Made by a program: the position numbers and the translations under genes. From Lama guanicoe (taxonomy: Eukaryota): a stretch of 54,724 nucleotides of DNA. Of the stretch, positions 1 through 12,444 are shown one piece after another. The stretch is taken from positions 434,001 through 488,724 of the forward strand of contig MU053448.1 of the NCBI GenBank assembly GCA_013239625.1. The letters are read 5' to 3'. Each line of letters opens with the position of its first letter. The first letter of the stretch is position 1. The notes under the pieces were generated by a model. It had not been told where the DNA came from and ran no database searches. It saw only the letters and a program-made list of their open reading frames with translations.

Positions 1-500
1 TGTTCATTTCTTTTAAATCTTCATTTTTGTCTACTATTCTGTTATTAGGAGGGTAGTTTTGATATTTTCAACTATGTTTGTAGATTTATCTGTTTCTCTT
101 TTATTTCTATCATGTTTTACTTCCACGTGTTTCGTAGTTCTGTTGTTAGGGGCATTGATTATTCTGCTTTCTTTGTGAATTGACACTTTTATGATGTCCC
201 TTTTTAGCTCTGGTAATTTCCTTCTTCCGAAGTCTACTTTGTCCAATATTAATATATCCACTTTCCATCCTTTACTAAGCCTTTTTTTTATGTTTATATT
301 TAAGGTGGATTTCTTGTAGATAGTATATAATTAGGTTCTGTTTTTCTTGCTTTCTAGTGACCTCTGTCTTTGTTATGTTTAGGCCCATTTAAATGTAACG
401 TCTACCGTTGTGTTTTGCTTGCTCTCTTCTTTTTGTTCCTTTATTGTTTCCTGACTTTGGGTTTATTTGGATAGTTTTTAGTATTCCATTTTAACTTACT
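1..500 (-). mobile_element. Old L1 (L1M-type) fragment, ORF2 endonuclease region, degenerate
   Basis: ORF 34..261(-) ILILDKVDF...APNNRT...ETDKSTNIVENIKTTL resembles L1 EN (ILISDKVDF...APNN...IIVGDFNTPL). Confidence 0.75.
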
Positions 501-771
501 GAATTGTTTAATTTTGATAGTGAAAAGATTTTTAAATAACTTTTTACCTATTGGTGGCAAAACGAGATGGGGTAGTGAAATAAGAGAGAAAATCAAAAGC
601 GGTTAGTATGTGAGTTAGATCACTGTGAAAGTGCTTGTGCATTTGGGACAATTAGAGGTGAATAAGTAGTAATTTAAGGCATCTTTGTCCTTCATAACGG
701 TGACTCTCTCGTGGAACAGACTGATAGCTGAATGTGTAGATTCATTTTAGGTTTTTATGTTTCTCCCGTAG

Positions 772-972
772 AGTTTTGCTTGGTCATCTTGTTCTGAGTG
801 GTCCATTGGCCTCCGTGTGCCTTTCGTGGTGGACATATGCTCGATGACTTTTGAGCAGTTGGACCTCCTGCTACGGCAAGTGAGTGAGGGGATGGATGGC
901 ACTGCCGACTGGCCCCCACCCCAAGAGAAAGAGTGTATGGCTGTGGCAACGCTGAATCTTCTACGACTTCAG
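772..972 (+). CDS. HERC2: HERC2 exon w1 (SFAWSSCSEW...TLNLLRLQ), end of RLD1 region
   Basis: cccgtag|AGT...CAG|gtatta; 201 nt, phase 0-0; overlaps ORF 817..1002. Confidence 0.95.
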
Positions 973-2683
973 GTATTAATGTTTCCCTTTCTCTCCTTAT
1001 AAGTGTCTTAGGTATTTGTAATCATGTTTATGCATATTAAAGGGTATGAGTTTTAGCCTGTTGAAATGAACTGCTAATGAAAAATGTAAAGTAAGGTTAT
1101 AATGAAATGTAATGTGTCGGAGGCTTAAAAAAATATCAATCTAATTATCTTCTGTTAATCCTGGAAGTCAGTCTCTGCATGCAGGTAAGTGTGTGTATGG
1201 ATTGTGTTATTACTGCTATAATCAGTTTGTTGGCATTCATCAGGGAATCAGTCTTGAATTTACTGTCACTGTGTGTGAAGAAGTGACTGGGTGATGGAGA
1301 GACCAGCTAGATGTGGTAGTCAGTCTCTCCTCTGGACTAAGAGGATAGCTTCACTCAGGAAACTCCACTTCCTCTCAGGAAAGGTTAAGGTTAAAGGTCA
1401 AAGTAAGAAAAGCTGCAACATTGTTTTCCTTTTCCTTTTTTTTTTTTAAATAAAACTATAGCAGAAATCTTTGATCATCATGTTTTTCTTTATGATAAAA
1501 CCCTATGATTTAATGTCAAGAGAACAGTTTTTCTCAGCAAGGTCATTTTCCCCCTTTGTAATGCAAGGGTTTCTGTGTGACCCATCATGTCCTCCTTTTT
1601 GGCCTTGGCTTCCAAAAAGCGTAGAGCTCAATGTAATGTTCATTTGCAAAATGAAACTGGCAGAAGTTTGGAGAGTCCCTCCCTTCCCCAGAGGTTTTCT
1701 ACAGGAGCTCATTCAGCAGGACACAGGGGTGTAGTGTCCGTGGCATGGGTCCGCTCAGCTTTGTTGCTTCCCGTGGCTTTGTAGAGACATTGCTGTTGGG
1801 CTCGGTGCTGTGGAGACCTTGTGTATGTTCTAGGCTCCATTCCATCTGGTCCATATTTGTCTGATGCTGTATGTTTTTCCGTTGCTTTATTCTGTCTTCC
1901 TAGGTCTGTTTTAGTTGTGTCAATTTTCTGTAAAGCTCAATTCTTAAAAAGAATCCAATCTGAGAGTCTTTATTCTGTATGTGAATTTAATCTTTTACAA
2001 TTATTGTGACTACTAATATATTTGAATTTAGTTTTAAGTTTGTTCATTATTTTATTTCTCTTTTAATCAAGTTTCTAGTTTATTTTCCTTTCAAGTCCCT
2101 TTAATTATGCCTAAATTTTAAAGTGTAATTTCTGGACATAAATCATGTCATAAAAAATTAAATTTGTTAATTCCTCGAAGTGTTAAGTTAATTAGTACTT
2201 CTCTTCCTGAAAAATATAAGGGTTATAGGATGCATTAAACTTTAACTCCCCTTTTACCTTCAGTGTTTTAATTATTCAGTAGGCTTATTACATTAGATCC
2301 AAGGCACTCTATTTTTTGGTGTGTGTCTTTTTAAAAGAAAAATGCTACCAATTGCAATGTATGTGATACATCCTGATTTTGGAGTTAAGACATGAAAAAA
2401 TGCCTCTTAGGATTGATAAAATATATTAATAATTTTTAAACTTTCCTTCAGTTAATTATTATCATAATCATTATTTCTTAAGAGACCATACTCACTCAGA
2501 TACATAGTCTTTTTTTTTTTTTTATTAAACCAGTTTGTTTTGTCATTGCTACTTATATCCCCTCCCTCCTGGGTACCTCCTTTAGTAAGTTTCTTCGTTA
2601 AGACCTGTGAGTTTCGTCTGGAAACTCTGCTTCAACACTACTTAAGATAATTTAATGGACTTAGCTTTTTAGGGTATATGTTA

Positions 2684-2898
2684 TATATTTATTTATTTTT
2701 TTATTGAGGTATGGTTAGTTTACAATGTTGTGTCAGTTTCTGGTGTGCAGCACAATTCTTCAGTCATACATGAATATACATAAATTTATTTTCATACTCT
2801 TTTTCACCATAAGCTACTACAGGATCTTGTATATATTTCCCTGTGCTATACAGTATAAACTTGTTTATCTATTTTATATATATCAGTCAGTATCTGCA
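2684..2898 (-). mobile_element. 5'-truncated young L1 3' end
   Basis: T-rich tail then ttattgag...tttacaatgttgtgtc; TSD agggtatatgtta (2671-2683) / agggtacatgtta (2899-2911). Confidence 0.8.
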
Positions 2899-3454
2899 AG
2901 GGTACATGTTACTTTATCAGCACTTTGTCTACAGACAGATGTTCTGTTGTGTTCTGACCTTTATTGTTGACAATGAGAAATATTAGTGCAATTATGTTTC
3001 TTTATAGCTAATTTGTCTGTCTCTTTGGTAGCCTTTCAGATTTTTGTCTTTGTTTTATTATTTTTGTACATTACGTCTAGCTCAGGATTTACTTTTGTAT
3101 GAATAACTTGAGATTATGACCCTCACTCAATCTGAGATTACATGTCTTTGTTTTGAAAAATCTTCATTATTCACCATTCAGATTGCTCTCCTTTTCTTTC
3201 TACTTTTCCCCTTGGAAAAGTCCTACTAAATGTATGTTGAACTTTCTCATTTTATTTTCCCAAATATCACAACTTATTTGGTATTTTAAAATCTCTTTAT
3301 CTTTTTTACTGTTCTTTTTTTTATTCTTTCTGTTCTGCCTTCTGGGTGGATGACTCAGTGCTCTCCTTCAATTCACAAATCCTTCCTTTAGCTAAATGTT
3401 CCATGTTTTTGAATTGTCCATTTAACACACTTCTGTGATCACTGCTTCACACAT

Positions 3455-3600
3455 ACTGACTCATCAGATCCCTGGACCAGCCCTCTGGGGGCGGAGCTTC
3501 CATCGTACTGCACAGATGAGGGCACAGAGTTTAGAAATGTCACCCAGGTCGGGTGCCCAGTACCCAGGGTTTAGGGCTGGAACTTGGGGCCCAGGCTCTT
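3455..3600 (+). mobile_element. MIR-like fragment
   Basis: Degenerate MIR core (cacagatgagggcacagag...tgtcacccaggtc). Confidence 0.4.
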
Positions 3601-3999
3601 CACACCTCTGCCTTGAGGTTTTTATTCCTGTAGCTGTTTTTTTCATTGTCAGAATTTATATTTTTGGTGTTTTCCAAGGCTTTCATTTTGCTCATTATAG
3701 TCTTATCTTTTGGGTTTTTTCCTTGATCTCTAAGAACGTTTACTTACTTTGTGGGTTCATTCCAAGTTTTTTTTAATGCGGACATCTTTTGGGGCATGTT
3801 ATTTGCCTCTTAATCTGTCTGGACCTCTTCCACATGGTGACCTAGTGTGGCTTGTTTTGACCATGAGGCCACTTTCAGGAGAAGGTTTATGGAATATCCT
3901 TTTGCTCTTGACTGTGGAGATGTCCTTAGAGGGCAGTTTGTATTTGTGTCCCTGAGGTTCCATGAGTTCCTTGGCCTCTAGATGAGTTTTATTGTTCAG

Positions 4000-4138
4000 T
4001 TTTTTTTTTTAACTTTAAAAAAATTTTAGTTTATTGAGTTATAGTCAGTTTACAATGTTGTGTCAATTTCCAGTGTACAATTTTTCAGGTACACATGAAC
4101 ATAACACCTATTCATTGTTGCATTCTTCTTCACCGTGA
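4000..4138 (-). mobile_element. 5'-truncated young L1 3' end
   Basis: poly-T plus ttattgagttatagtcagtttacaatgttgtgtcaatttccagtgt; TSD tattgttcag (3990-3999 / 4139-4148). Confidence 0.8.
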
Positions 4139-4188
4139 TATTGTTCAGCTCTTGACTTGTGATATCCATACCTGGATGATTGGTATAC

Positions 4189-4254
4189 TTTTTTTTTTTT
4201 TAACTGGAGGTACTGGGGAGTGACCCAGGACCTTGCACTCTACCACCCCACCCC
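4189..4254 (-). mobile_element. tRNA-derived SINE (vic-1-like), internally deleted
   Basis: poly-T then ggaggtactgggg...cccaggaccttgcactctaccac. Confidence 0.75.
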
Positions 4255-4805
4255 TCTAAGTAGTATAAATTTGATTTCACACCTGCTCACAAGGCAGGCT
4301 GGGTCTCTCATTTCCTGTGGGGTCTATTTGTGCCCAGAGCCTTGTGTGGGCAGTGGTGTTGGCCTCAGGCCTGGTGGCTGACAGGCAGGTGGCCTCCCCG
4401 CCTTCTGCAGGACGCTCAGGTTCAGTGGGCTGTCTTGGCATTTTGTGTCCCAAAAGGCTTTCATCTGCTCTCAGAGCCCAGAACCCCTGGGCTCCCACTG
4501 TGTGGATGAGCTCTGGTCTGGCCTTTGAGGCATTTCCTTGTGTACCCTCAGCCTGGCTATATAATTTTAAAGCAGCTCTTTGGTTACATTATAGTCACTG
4601 TTTCTGTGTTTGGTGCACATGGTTGGGGGGCGGGTGGAGGTTGCTGTTTCCACGTGGTTTAACGTCTTTGTTGATCTTGGAGCTTTTCCTTGTGTGTACT
4701 TATTGTTGGGTTTACAAAATTCCTCTTACAAAATACCTTACCATGGATTCTTAACTACTGTGGGTAAACATGTTTTAATATAGTTAAAAATAATACATAT
4801 TCTAG

Positions 4806-4897
4806 GAGTTCTTTTCCCTTATTATTTGAATAAAACTCAATTTGAGGTACTGAGTTCTTTTCCCTTATTATTTGAATAAAACTCAATTTGAGGTACT
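4806..4897. repeat. Perfect 46-bp tandem duplication
   Basis: gagttcttttcccttattatttgaataaaactcaatttgaggtact at 4806-4851 and 4852-4897. Confidence 0.95.
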
Positions 4898-4971
4898 ATT
4901 TGATCTTTAGTAAGATTTGCAAAGCACTGGTTTTTAGGGCTTCTAAGTGAAAACTGTTTTTCTCCTTTCAG

Positions 4972-5200
4972 TTGCATGCTGCCATTAGTCACCAGGTTGA
5001 CCCGGAATTCCTTGGTTTAGGTCTGGGCAGCGTCCTTCTCAACAGCCTGAAGCAGACGGTGGTGGCCCTGGCCAGCAGTGCGGGTGTACTGGCCACTGTG
5101 CAGGCGGCCGCCCAGGCTGTGCTGCAGAGCGGCTGGTCGGTGCTGCTACCCACCGCCGAGGAGCGGGCCCGGGCGCTCTCTGCCCTGCTGCCTTGCACAG
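4972..5200 (+). CDS. HERC2: HERC2 exon w2 (LHAAISHQVD...ALLPCT)
   Basis: tttcag|TTG...ACAG|gtgggc; 229 nt. Confidence 0.95.
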
Positions 5201-5230
5201 GTGGGCTTGGGCTCGGAGCAGGGGCATGGT

Positions 5231-5257
5231 GGGCTGGGCTGGGCTGGGCTGGGCTGG
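5231..5257. repeat. (GGGCT)5 repeat in G-rich 136-nt intron
   Basis: gggctgggctgggctgggctgggctgg. Confidence 0.9.
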
Positions 5258-5336
5258 AAAGGTGGGCACAGGAGGGGCTACCAGGGAGGGGAGGGGGCTT
5301 ACCTCACATTGGCAAACATCACTTTCCGTTTTCCAG

Positions 5337-5461
5337 TATCTGGCAATGAAGTTAACATCAGTCCAGGTCGGCGATTCATGATTGATCTTCTCGTGGGCAG
5401 CCTGATGGCTGATGGAGGCTTAGAGTCTGCCTTAAATGCAGCCATCACTGCAGAAATCCAG
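5337..5461 (+). CDS. HERC2: HERC2 exon w3 (VSGNEVNISP...ITAEIQ)
   Basis: ttccag|TA...CAG|gtatgt; 125 nt. Confidence 0.95.
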
Positions 5462-5699
5462 GTATGTGAGCCGACGGAGGTGATCTTACCTGCCAGTGAG
5501 CTGAGATGGAGACACTGTGCGCTGTATTTGTACTCGTGAAGAAATAACAGCCTTTTGCCAGAATTATTAAAAACTGAAACACCAGCAAGACTTTTAGTAA
5601 CATCCAAATATTCCTGTAATTAAAACTCTTTTATCTTAAATGGCTTCAAAAAATATTAAGTTACTAATTTGAAAAAATGCACCCACTTCAACTGTCTGT

Positions 5700-6290
5700 T
5701 TAAATGAATTTGACAGTTACCCTGAGCGTAATGTGCGTTCTTTCAGGTCTCCCCAGAAAGTGCCTTTGTGCCCCCTTGCGTTTGAAACCAGGACACTGTC
5801 CTGCCTCCCTCAGTTGGTGTCAGTTTTGCCAGTTCCGAATGTCATGTAAATGGAATCATACAGTATATACTCGTTCATGTCAACTTTATTTTGCCTTGAT
5901 AATGACTTTCAGATTCATCTGTGTTGGGTGTATTGGTTCTGCGGCTGGGCAGTGTTCCACTGTATGGTTATGGCACTGCTGGTCTGTCCATTCTCCTGCT
6001 GATAGACATTTGATGATTTTGACTCCGTGAAATTGCTAATGATCATGCTGTGTATTTTGCATATGCAAGTTTTTCTATTGGGTAAATACTTTGAATTAGA
6101 ACTTGCCGGATCCTAGGGTGAGCATGTGGTTACAGTTTCCCAAAGTGGTTGTGCCATTTACATTGGAACCAGCCTGTGTGAGCATTCCAGCCCTCGACCT
6201 CGTCAACATTAGGCATCTTCTTATCTTTAGCTACTCCGGGGGCAGGGTGGGGTGTTAGTTTGTATTTGCATGTGCTAATTGGCCACCATA
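5700..6290 (-). mobile_element. Old L1 (L1ME-like) 3' fragment
   Basis: Motifs taaatggaatcatacagtat, agattcatc, ttccaaagtggttgtgccatttacatt. Confidence 0.6.
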
Positions 6291-6434
6291 GCTTCTTTTG
6301 TTACTCTGCTTGTTGTAACAGTTTTCGATTTAAAACCTTACACTGCTAAAATTAGATGGAGTAAGTGTATTAGAAATATTTTTGAAAACATAGTTTGATT
6401 AAATTGAAAAACAATTAGAGGAAATCATATACGT

Positions 6435-6640
6435 AATGATGTTGGTAGCAACAGTCATTTTTTGTGCACCTTGTTATTTTCAGGGACCTGTGCTGGGTAC
6501 TTTACTTTTTTTCTCTTTTAACCTAGTCCACTGTGTCGAGTTGGGAAAAGTTGTCTTAAAATTCCATTTTGTAGATGTGGACAGGAGCACCACAGATTTG
6601 CTGAGGTGTCCTGACTAGTGAGTGGCAGGTTTGCTGACTC
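6435..6640 (+). mobile_element. MIR-like fragment
   Basis: tgtgctgggtactttac...ccattttgtagatg...actagtgagtggcag. Confidence 0.45.
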
Positions 6641-7490
6641 CAAGCCTCTGTCATCTGCCTGTGCCCCACATGGCTCTGTGTGACAGCTCGCCTGATGGGG
6701 CAGTGACTGCAAACGGGCAGAGGCGGTCCACACGTGGGCCAGATGGTAACCTTGACATGACCCAAGCAGTATTTTTAGAACCTGTTAATTTAGTTAGCAC
6801 GTATGTTTATTCTGTGCTTCCTGCTGGAGAGCGGGACTCGGGAGCGGGAGGAAGGCTATAGAGATACGTGATCCCTCTGATCATAATAAAGGTGCCTAAA
6901 AAATAGCCAAAAGGCCATTTACTTGAAACTGAAAATGTTTGGAAGCTACAGGAAGGCATAAACAAAACCCCTCATCATTTAGGAATAATCATTGTTAATA
7001 TTTTTGGTGTACAGTCTTCAAGACTTTCAAAAGTGCAAATGTTTGCTAATGATACTGCCTGTGGTGCCAGAGCTGGTCCCAGTGACCTGCATCCTTTTCA
7101 CCCACCAGGTCGCCGTGTCTTGTATGTTGAATATTCTGTTGCTATGTCCATTTGTTCTGTTGCTTTGGGGAAGTCTGTCGTATGGAAAGGGAGCCACTTT
7201 TTAAAAAAAATAATTTTCTATTGATCATTTAGATTTTAGATATTTTTACTACCATAAATTTTAACTGTATTCATGTAGATTATAACTCATTGAGTATGAG
7301 AATGATTATTAGGAAAAAGTTCTAGAAATGAAATTGGGTCAAAAGCACACACATTTTAAAACTCTGATCCGTGTTGCCTTCTTATCCTTTAGAGTGGGTG
7401 GCACAGTTCCAGTCCTGGCATCAGTCACAGTCTGCATGCCCACGCCCCTCAGGGTGGGGAGGGCTGTCTGTATTTAGACGGTTCTGACTT

Positions 7491-7766
7491 CTTGTTGTTG
7501 AAGTATAGTTGGCTTACAGTGTTGTGTCAATTTCTGGTGTCAAGCACAATGCTTCAGTCATACATGAACATACATAGATTTGTTTTCATATTCTTTTCAC
7601 CATAGGTTACTAAAAGATATTGAATATAGTTCCCAGTGCTATATACAGCATGAACTTGTTGTTTGTCTATTTTATGCATAGTAGTTACTATCTGCAAATC
7701 TCCAACTCCCAGTTTATCCCTTCCCACTCTCTTCTCCCTCTGGTAACCATAAATTTGTTTTCTATC
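7491..7766 (-). mobile_element. 5'-truncated young L1 3' end
   Basis: ttgaagtatagttggcttacagtgttgtgtc...ggtaaccataaatttgttttctat; TSD agacggttctgactt (7476-7490) / agactgttctggctt (7767-7781). Confidence 0.8.
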
Positions 7767-7914
7767 AGACTGTTCTGGCTTTTGCCATTAGGAAATAAAG
7801 CCCAGAAGGAAAGAACTTGTTTGCTTTTTCAGAGTAAATTTTATAACTAGAACAATACTTGGTAGGTCCTCAGGAATATTGATTGCATTGATTGGCAACA
7901 GATGCCTCCTTTAC

Positions 7915-8840
7915 ATTTTTTAAAAAACAATAGCTTTATCAAGATATAATTCACCTACTATAAAGTTCTGTCTTTTAAAGTGTATGAGTTAGTGATTTCT
8001 TTATATAGTCACAAAGTCATGTAACCATCATCACCACTGTCTAATTTCAGAACGTTTTCATCACTCCTAAAAGAAACTCTGTGCCCTTTAACAGTCACTC
8101 CCCATTCCCACTCCTCCCAGCCACTGGCAACCACCAGTCTACTTTCTCCCTGTTCTGGACATTTCATATAAGTGGATTTGTACTGTATGTGGCCCTTTGT
8201 GTTTTCAAAGTTTGGCCAGGTTGTAGCATCCATGTTGTACTTCATTTTGTTAAAATTCCTAAGCAATGTTCCATTGTATGGATATAGCACTTTTGTTATC
8301 CATTCATCAGCTGACAGACATGTGGGCTGTTCCCTCTTTTGTTATGAATAATGCAGCTGTGAACATTCAGGTGCAGGTTTTTGTGTGGATGTATGTTTTT
8401 ATTTCTTATTGGCATATGCCTAGGAGTGGAGTTGCCGAGTTTTATGGTGACTATGTTTAACATTTCGAGGAATGGCCAGGCTATTTTCTTAAGTGGCTGT
8501 ACCATTTCACATTCCCAGTAGCATTGTGTGAGGGTTCCAGCTTCTCTGCATCCTTGCCAGCGCTTGCTGCTGTTCATCTATTTTTTAATGATAGCTGTCC
8601 TAGCAGACGTGGTTTCCTTGATGACTAGTGGTGTTTAGCATCTCTTCATGTGCTTGTTAGCCATTTGCATGTCTTCTTTGATGATGTATCTATTCAAATT
8701 TTTTTTGCTTGTTTTTAAATTGGGTTATTTTATCTTTCAGTTGTCAAGTTGTAAGAATTCTTTCTGTATTTTGGATGTCTTGTATCAGATACATGGCTTA
8801 GGCATATATCCCCTTATTTTGAGGGTTATTGCTTCATGTT
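7915..8840 (-). mobile_element. L1MB-like 3' end and ORF2 C-terminus
   Basis: agctttatcaagatataattcac start; ORF 8296..8577(-) RWQGCREAGTLTQCYWEC resembles L1 ORF2 C-terminal CCHC region. Confidence 0.8.
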
Positions 8841-9129
8841 TACAAAACAGATAGACCCTGCCTAGGTGATCACAGCAGGGGTAAAGAGTTTAGGAACTTC
8901 ACTGAAGGAGGCTGGAGACCATCAGCACTGGCCGCTTGGACACTGGGTTCGTAGGACAAATTGTTTAGAAACTGAGCAGTGTGATTTCTGACAGGTGAAT
9001 GTGGGCCAGTGTCACCAGTGGTGTGAGTCAGTGCACAAGCAGCTGTGGGATTAGGGCTCAGTGTAGGATTCACACCTGCTGCTGAGATAACTGGTAACCA
9101 GTTTCTGTTTTCTGTTTCACGAATTACAG

Positions 9130-9308
9130 GATATTGAAGCCAAAAAAGAAGCGCAGAAGGAAAAAGAAATTGATGAACAGGAAGCGAATGCCTCGACATT
9201 TCACAGAAGTAGGACTCCACTGGATAAAGATCTTATTAATACGGGGATCTATGAATCTTCTGGAAAACAGTGTTTGCCTCTGGTTCAACTCATACAACAG
9301 CTTCTTAG
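9130..9308 (+). CDS. HERC2: HERC2 exon w4 (DIEAKKEAQK...LIQQLL)
   Basis: ttacag|GAT...CTTAG|gtaaat; 179 nt; read manually, not in ORF track frame. Confidence 0.95.
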
Positions 9309-10689
9309 GTAAATAGCAGGAGGTACATTTTAATGGGAGGATGATTGGTTTTCATATTAAGGTAGATGTAATGCTGGGATCTTCTCAAAAATGTGTGTGG
9401 TTGTTGAGAAAATGCTCTGAAAGTTACCTAGGGTAGGCTTTAGGGGAGAGAGCAGGCTCCTAAATACAGGTGAGAGGGGAGGTTAGCGTATGTGAGGTAG
9501 AACTGGAGGTTCTGAAGGTTTTCACACCAGAGAAAAGTGTGTGGTAAACAGAGAAGGATTCCTGCCCTCATTAGTAAGCATATAGATAGACATGGAAATC
9601 ACCATGGTAAGTTCATTTTGTTTTAAACTGGTCACGTCATTGCCTCATTCTGTAGATCATAGATATATTTGTAAGACAACTTTTACAAGTGGAAGTAAAC
9701 AAAAGAATGGTGAGGGTTATTTTTGAAGGGACTGATCAGGAGGAGGTAAGCGTCCCAGTCAAGAGTGTAAACAGACGCCGACCTAGACAAGGGCTGAAGT
9801 AGTCAGATCTCGTCCACAAAGAGTGAAAATGCAAGGTGGTTTCCGAGAGGCATTTGTTAGACACTGAAAAATGATTGCTCCTTTGTGTAACACAGCTCTG
9901 CTGTTTGTGAACTTGGCTCCTGGTTTATTTTTCACACAGAGAGGAAAGAGAGCCCTGGAGGGTTGGCTCAGACACCCAAGTCCAGAGCAGTGGCGAGTAA
10001 TATACTGGCATGGGGCAGCCTGCCCCCCACAACTGGGGACAGTAGAATTTACTGGGCACACAGTGAATTTTTAAAAGAGGAAGCTTTAGAGCTAGTTCCT
10101 TGCATAGCTTTTTAGTACATGCTGATTTAAAAAGCCCTTTTTCCTATTTTCTTCCCCTCTAATCTGATGATGATTGGGTTTTTTTGATTGATAATCACAC
10201 ATTCTGATCTTCAGTATAATGATTTGAAATAAAGTGAATTAATTCAGTGCAGTTGGTGGTAGTGAAGAGAGCTTGGGAATTGCTCCTCGGCAATGTCAGT
10301 TGTGACCGTTTGTATAAAGCCGGCAGCTGAAACTCTGCCCAGTTTGGTAACTGGGAGTAATGACAAGCAGTGTTCATGTTGCAGAGTTAATTAAGGATCA
10401 AGTGAAAAAATGGACATTGAGTGCTTTGGAATTGAAAGGTAAAAGTTCTAAAGCAAAAAAAGCATGTATCTCAAAGAAGTGCTTTCCTGAGGTCAGCTGC
10501 CCCTTCTTTCACCAAGGAGGCAGTGTCCAGGCCCTCTGGCATCACTGGCAGAGAGAGAATGCTGGGTTCCCTGTCCTTGGTTCTGTAACAAGTTACTGTG
10601 CTCATGAGGAGCCAGCTCTCCTGCTCTCCTGCTCATTCTGTTTCCTGGGTGTGTAGAGACATCTGATCATCTTACCTGCCTGCACCTGT

Positions 10690-11190
10690 GCTCTGCAGCC
10701 TGGCAACCGCTTGCCACGTTGGCCTGATGAACACTTGAAATGTGTCTAGTGTAGCTGAGACACTGAGTTTTTACTTCAAGTAGTTAAAATTCAGATTTGA
10801 AAACTGGGACCTGATTCAGCTATTAGAAAACTTATATGTTTGGAAGAAGTTGGCCATATGAATTTACCTTTTCAGCTCTGCCTTTTTTATGAGTCTTGAG
10901 TGTACATCATGTTACTTTCAGTGAAAATTTAGTTGCCCAAATTGAGTTGTGCTATCTGTACAAAACGACAATGGCTTTTGAAGACTGTGTATGGGAAGAC
11001 TAATAGAAACACTTAAGTGCTTTTTAAATTAGTTTTATGTTGAAGTGATAATATTTTCACTACACTGGAGTAAATACAGTATTAGTACTGATTTTTTCAT
11101 ATTCTTTTCATCTTAATGTATGTGACTGGTTGAACATTTTAAATTACACAGGTGACTCCCTGGCAGCACTTTCCTGTTGGACAGCGCTCT
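10690..11190. mobile_element. hAT-Charlie DNA transposon remnant (Charlie1/MER3/MER33-like)
   Basis: acacttgaaatgtgtctagtg...actgagttttta; terminal ttggacagcgct matches recalled MER3/MER33 TIR. Confidence 0.6.
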
Positions 11191-11877
11191 CTAGACCCGC
11201 CTCACACCCTGTCTTCTGAACTTTCCTCTTTACTTTCGGTCCCTTTGGCCCACAGGGAGGAGCTGGCTCCAAAGCAGGTGTATAATGAAGATGTACTTCT
11301 TTGGAAAACACAAAACAAAAACTGAAGTATGGAGGGACACAGCACCTTAAACACTTCTGGAAAATAGAGAACGCGTCCGCAGCTTTCTCACTAACAGGAT
11401 GCTATGATCCAGGCGCTTTTCATAGTGTAGATAATGTGCCCCATCCTTTGGTCAGCTTTACCATTTACTCTTTACCTTAAGGGTTTGTGGCTGAAGGAGA
11501 CTCAGTGTGTTGTTGACTTAGCTGATGCAGTTGTTGAAAAATAGTCTAAAAATGTAAGAGATTTTGGAGATATTTCGTGTACTTTATTCCTTGGGAAATC
11601 AGGTTGGAGAAACTGCAGCTCTTAGAAGCACATTTGTAGAGCAAAGGGTATCCTCCTGTCTTTTGTGTCTTCTGAGCTCCACTGCTTAGTTTTGGCTGAG
11701 GTGTGCTCATTGCAGGCACACCTGGCACACGTTTGGAGAGGGAAGCCAGCTGCAGGTCACCTGGGTGTATGAGCTTTATTTCTGATTTGAGTTTATGTTG
11801 TGATTTTTAAATACCCTCCCCTTTTTTTTAAACAGACATAACTTGTTTAACTTTGCATTCCTCTCTCCCCTCCATAG

Positions 11878-12062
11878 AAACATCGCTTCTCAGACAGTCG
11901 CCAGATTGAAAGATGTTGCCCGTCGGATATCCTCATGTCTAGACTTTGAGCAGCACAGTCGTGAAAGGTCTGCGTCACTGGATTTGCTGCTGCGTTTTCA
12001 GCGCTTACTTATCAGTAAACTTTATCCGGGAGGAAGTGTTGGTCAGACTTCAGATATTTCTA
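11878..12062 (+). CDS. HERC2: HERC2 exon w5 (RNIASQTVAR...QTSDIS)
   Basis: ccatag|A...TCTA|gtaagt; 185 nt. Confidence 0.95.
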
Positions 12063-12075
12063 GTAAGTTACTTAA

Positions 12076-12216
12076 GTTTTCTTTTTTCTTTCTTTCTATT
12101 TTTTGGGAGGGGCTAGCGTAATTAGGTTTATTTATTTGATGGCGGTCCTGGGGATTGAACCCAGGCCCATGTGCATGCTAAGCGTGCACTCTACCGCTGA
12201 GCTATATAGCCTCCCC
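12076..12216 (-). mobile_element. tRNA-Ala-derived SINE (vic-1-like), long form
   Basis: Reverse strand has A box TAGCTCAGCGG, B box GGTTCAATCC and TTAGCA loop; TSD 12059-12075 / 12217-12233. Confidence 0.9.
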
Positions 12217-12444
12217 TCTTGTGAGTTACTTAAAATGTTAAAGTGTCTTGTGTATATTTCTGGCTTTTTCATTTAGGCTTTTTAACATGCCTGTTCTGCA
12301 TGGCCCAGATGTGTAGTTCTTAACACTGTTAGATGCACCAATTTTGGGAGACTTCATTTTGCATCCACTTTTTTTTGGACACACGTTCCTGTATTAGATG
12401 CATTAATATTTTTTATTTTATTGTGTTAACATTTAAATTCTTTA

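Noticed and set aside
1265..1344. Cluster of small hairpins (GTCACT/AGTGAC, GGAGAGAC/GTCTCTCC, CCTCT/AGAGG) as an intronic snoRNA or miRNA
   Set aside because: Stems are only 5-8 bp, with no correctly placed C/D or H/ACA boxes and no long pre-miRNA stem; expected by chance.
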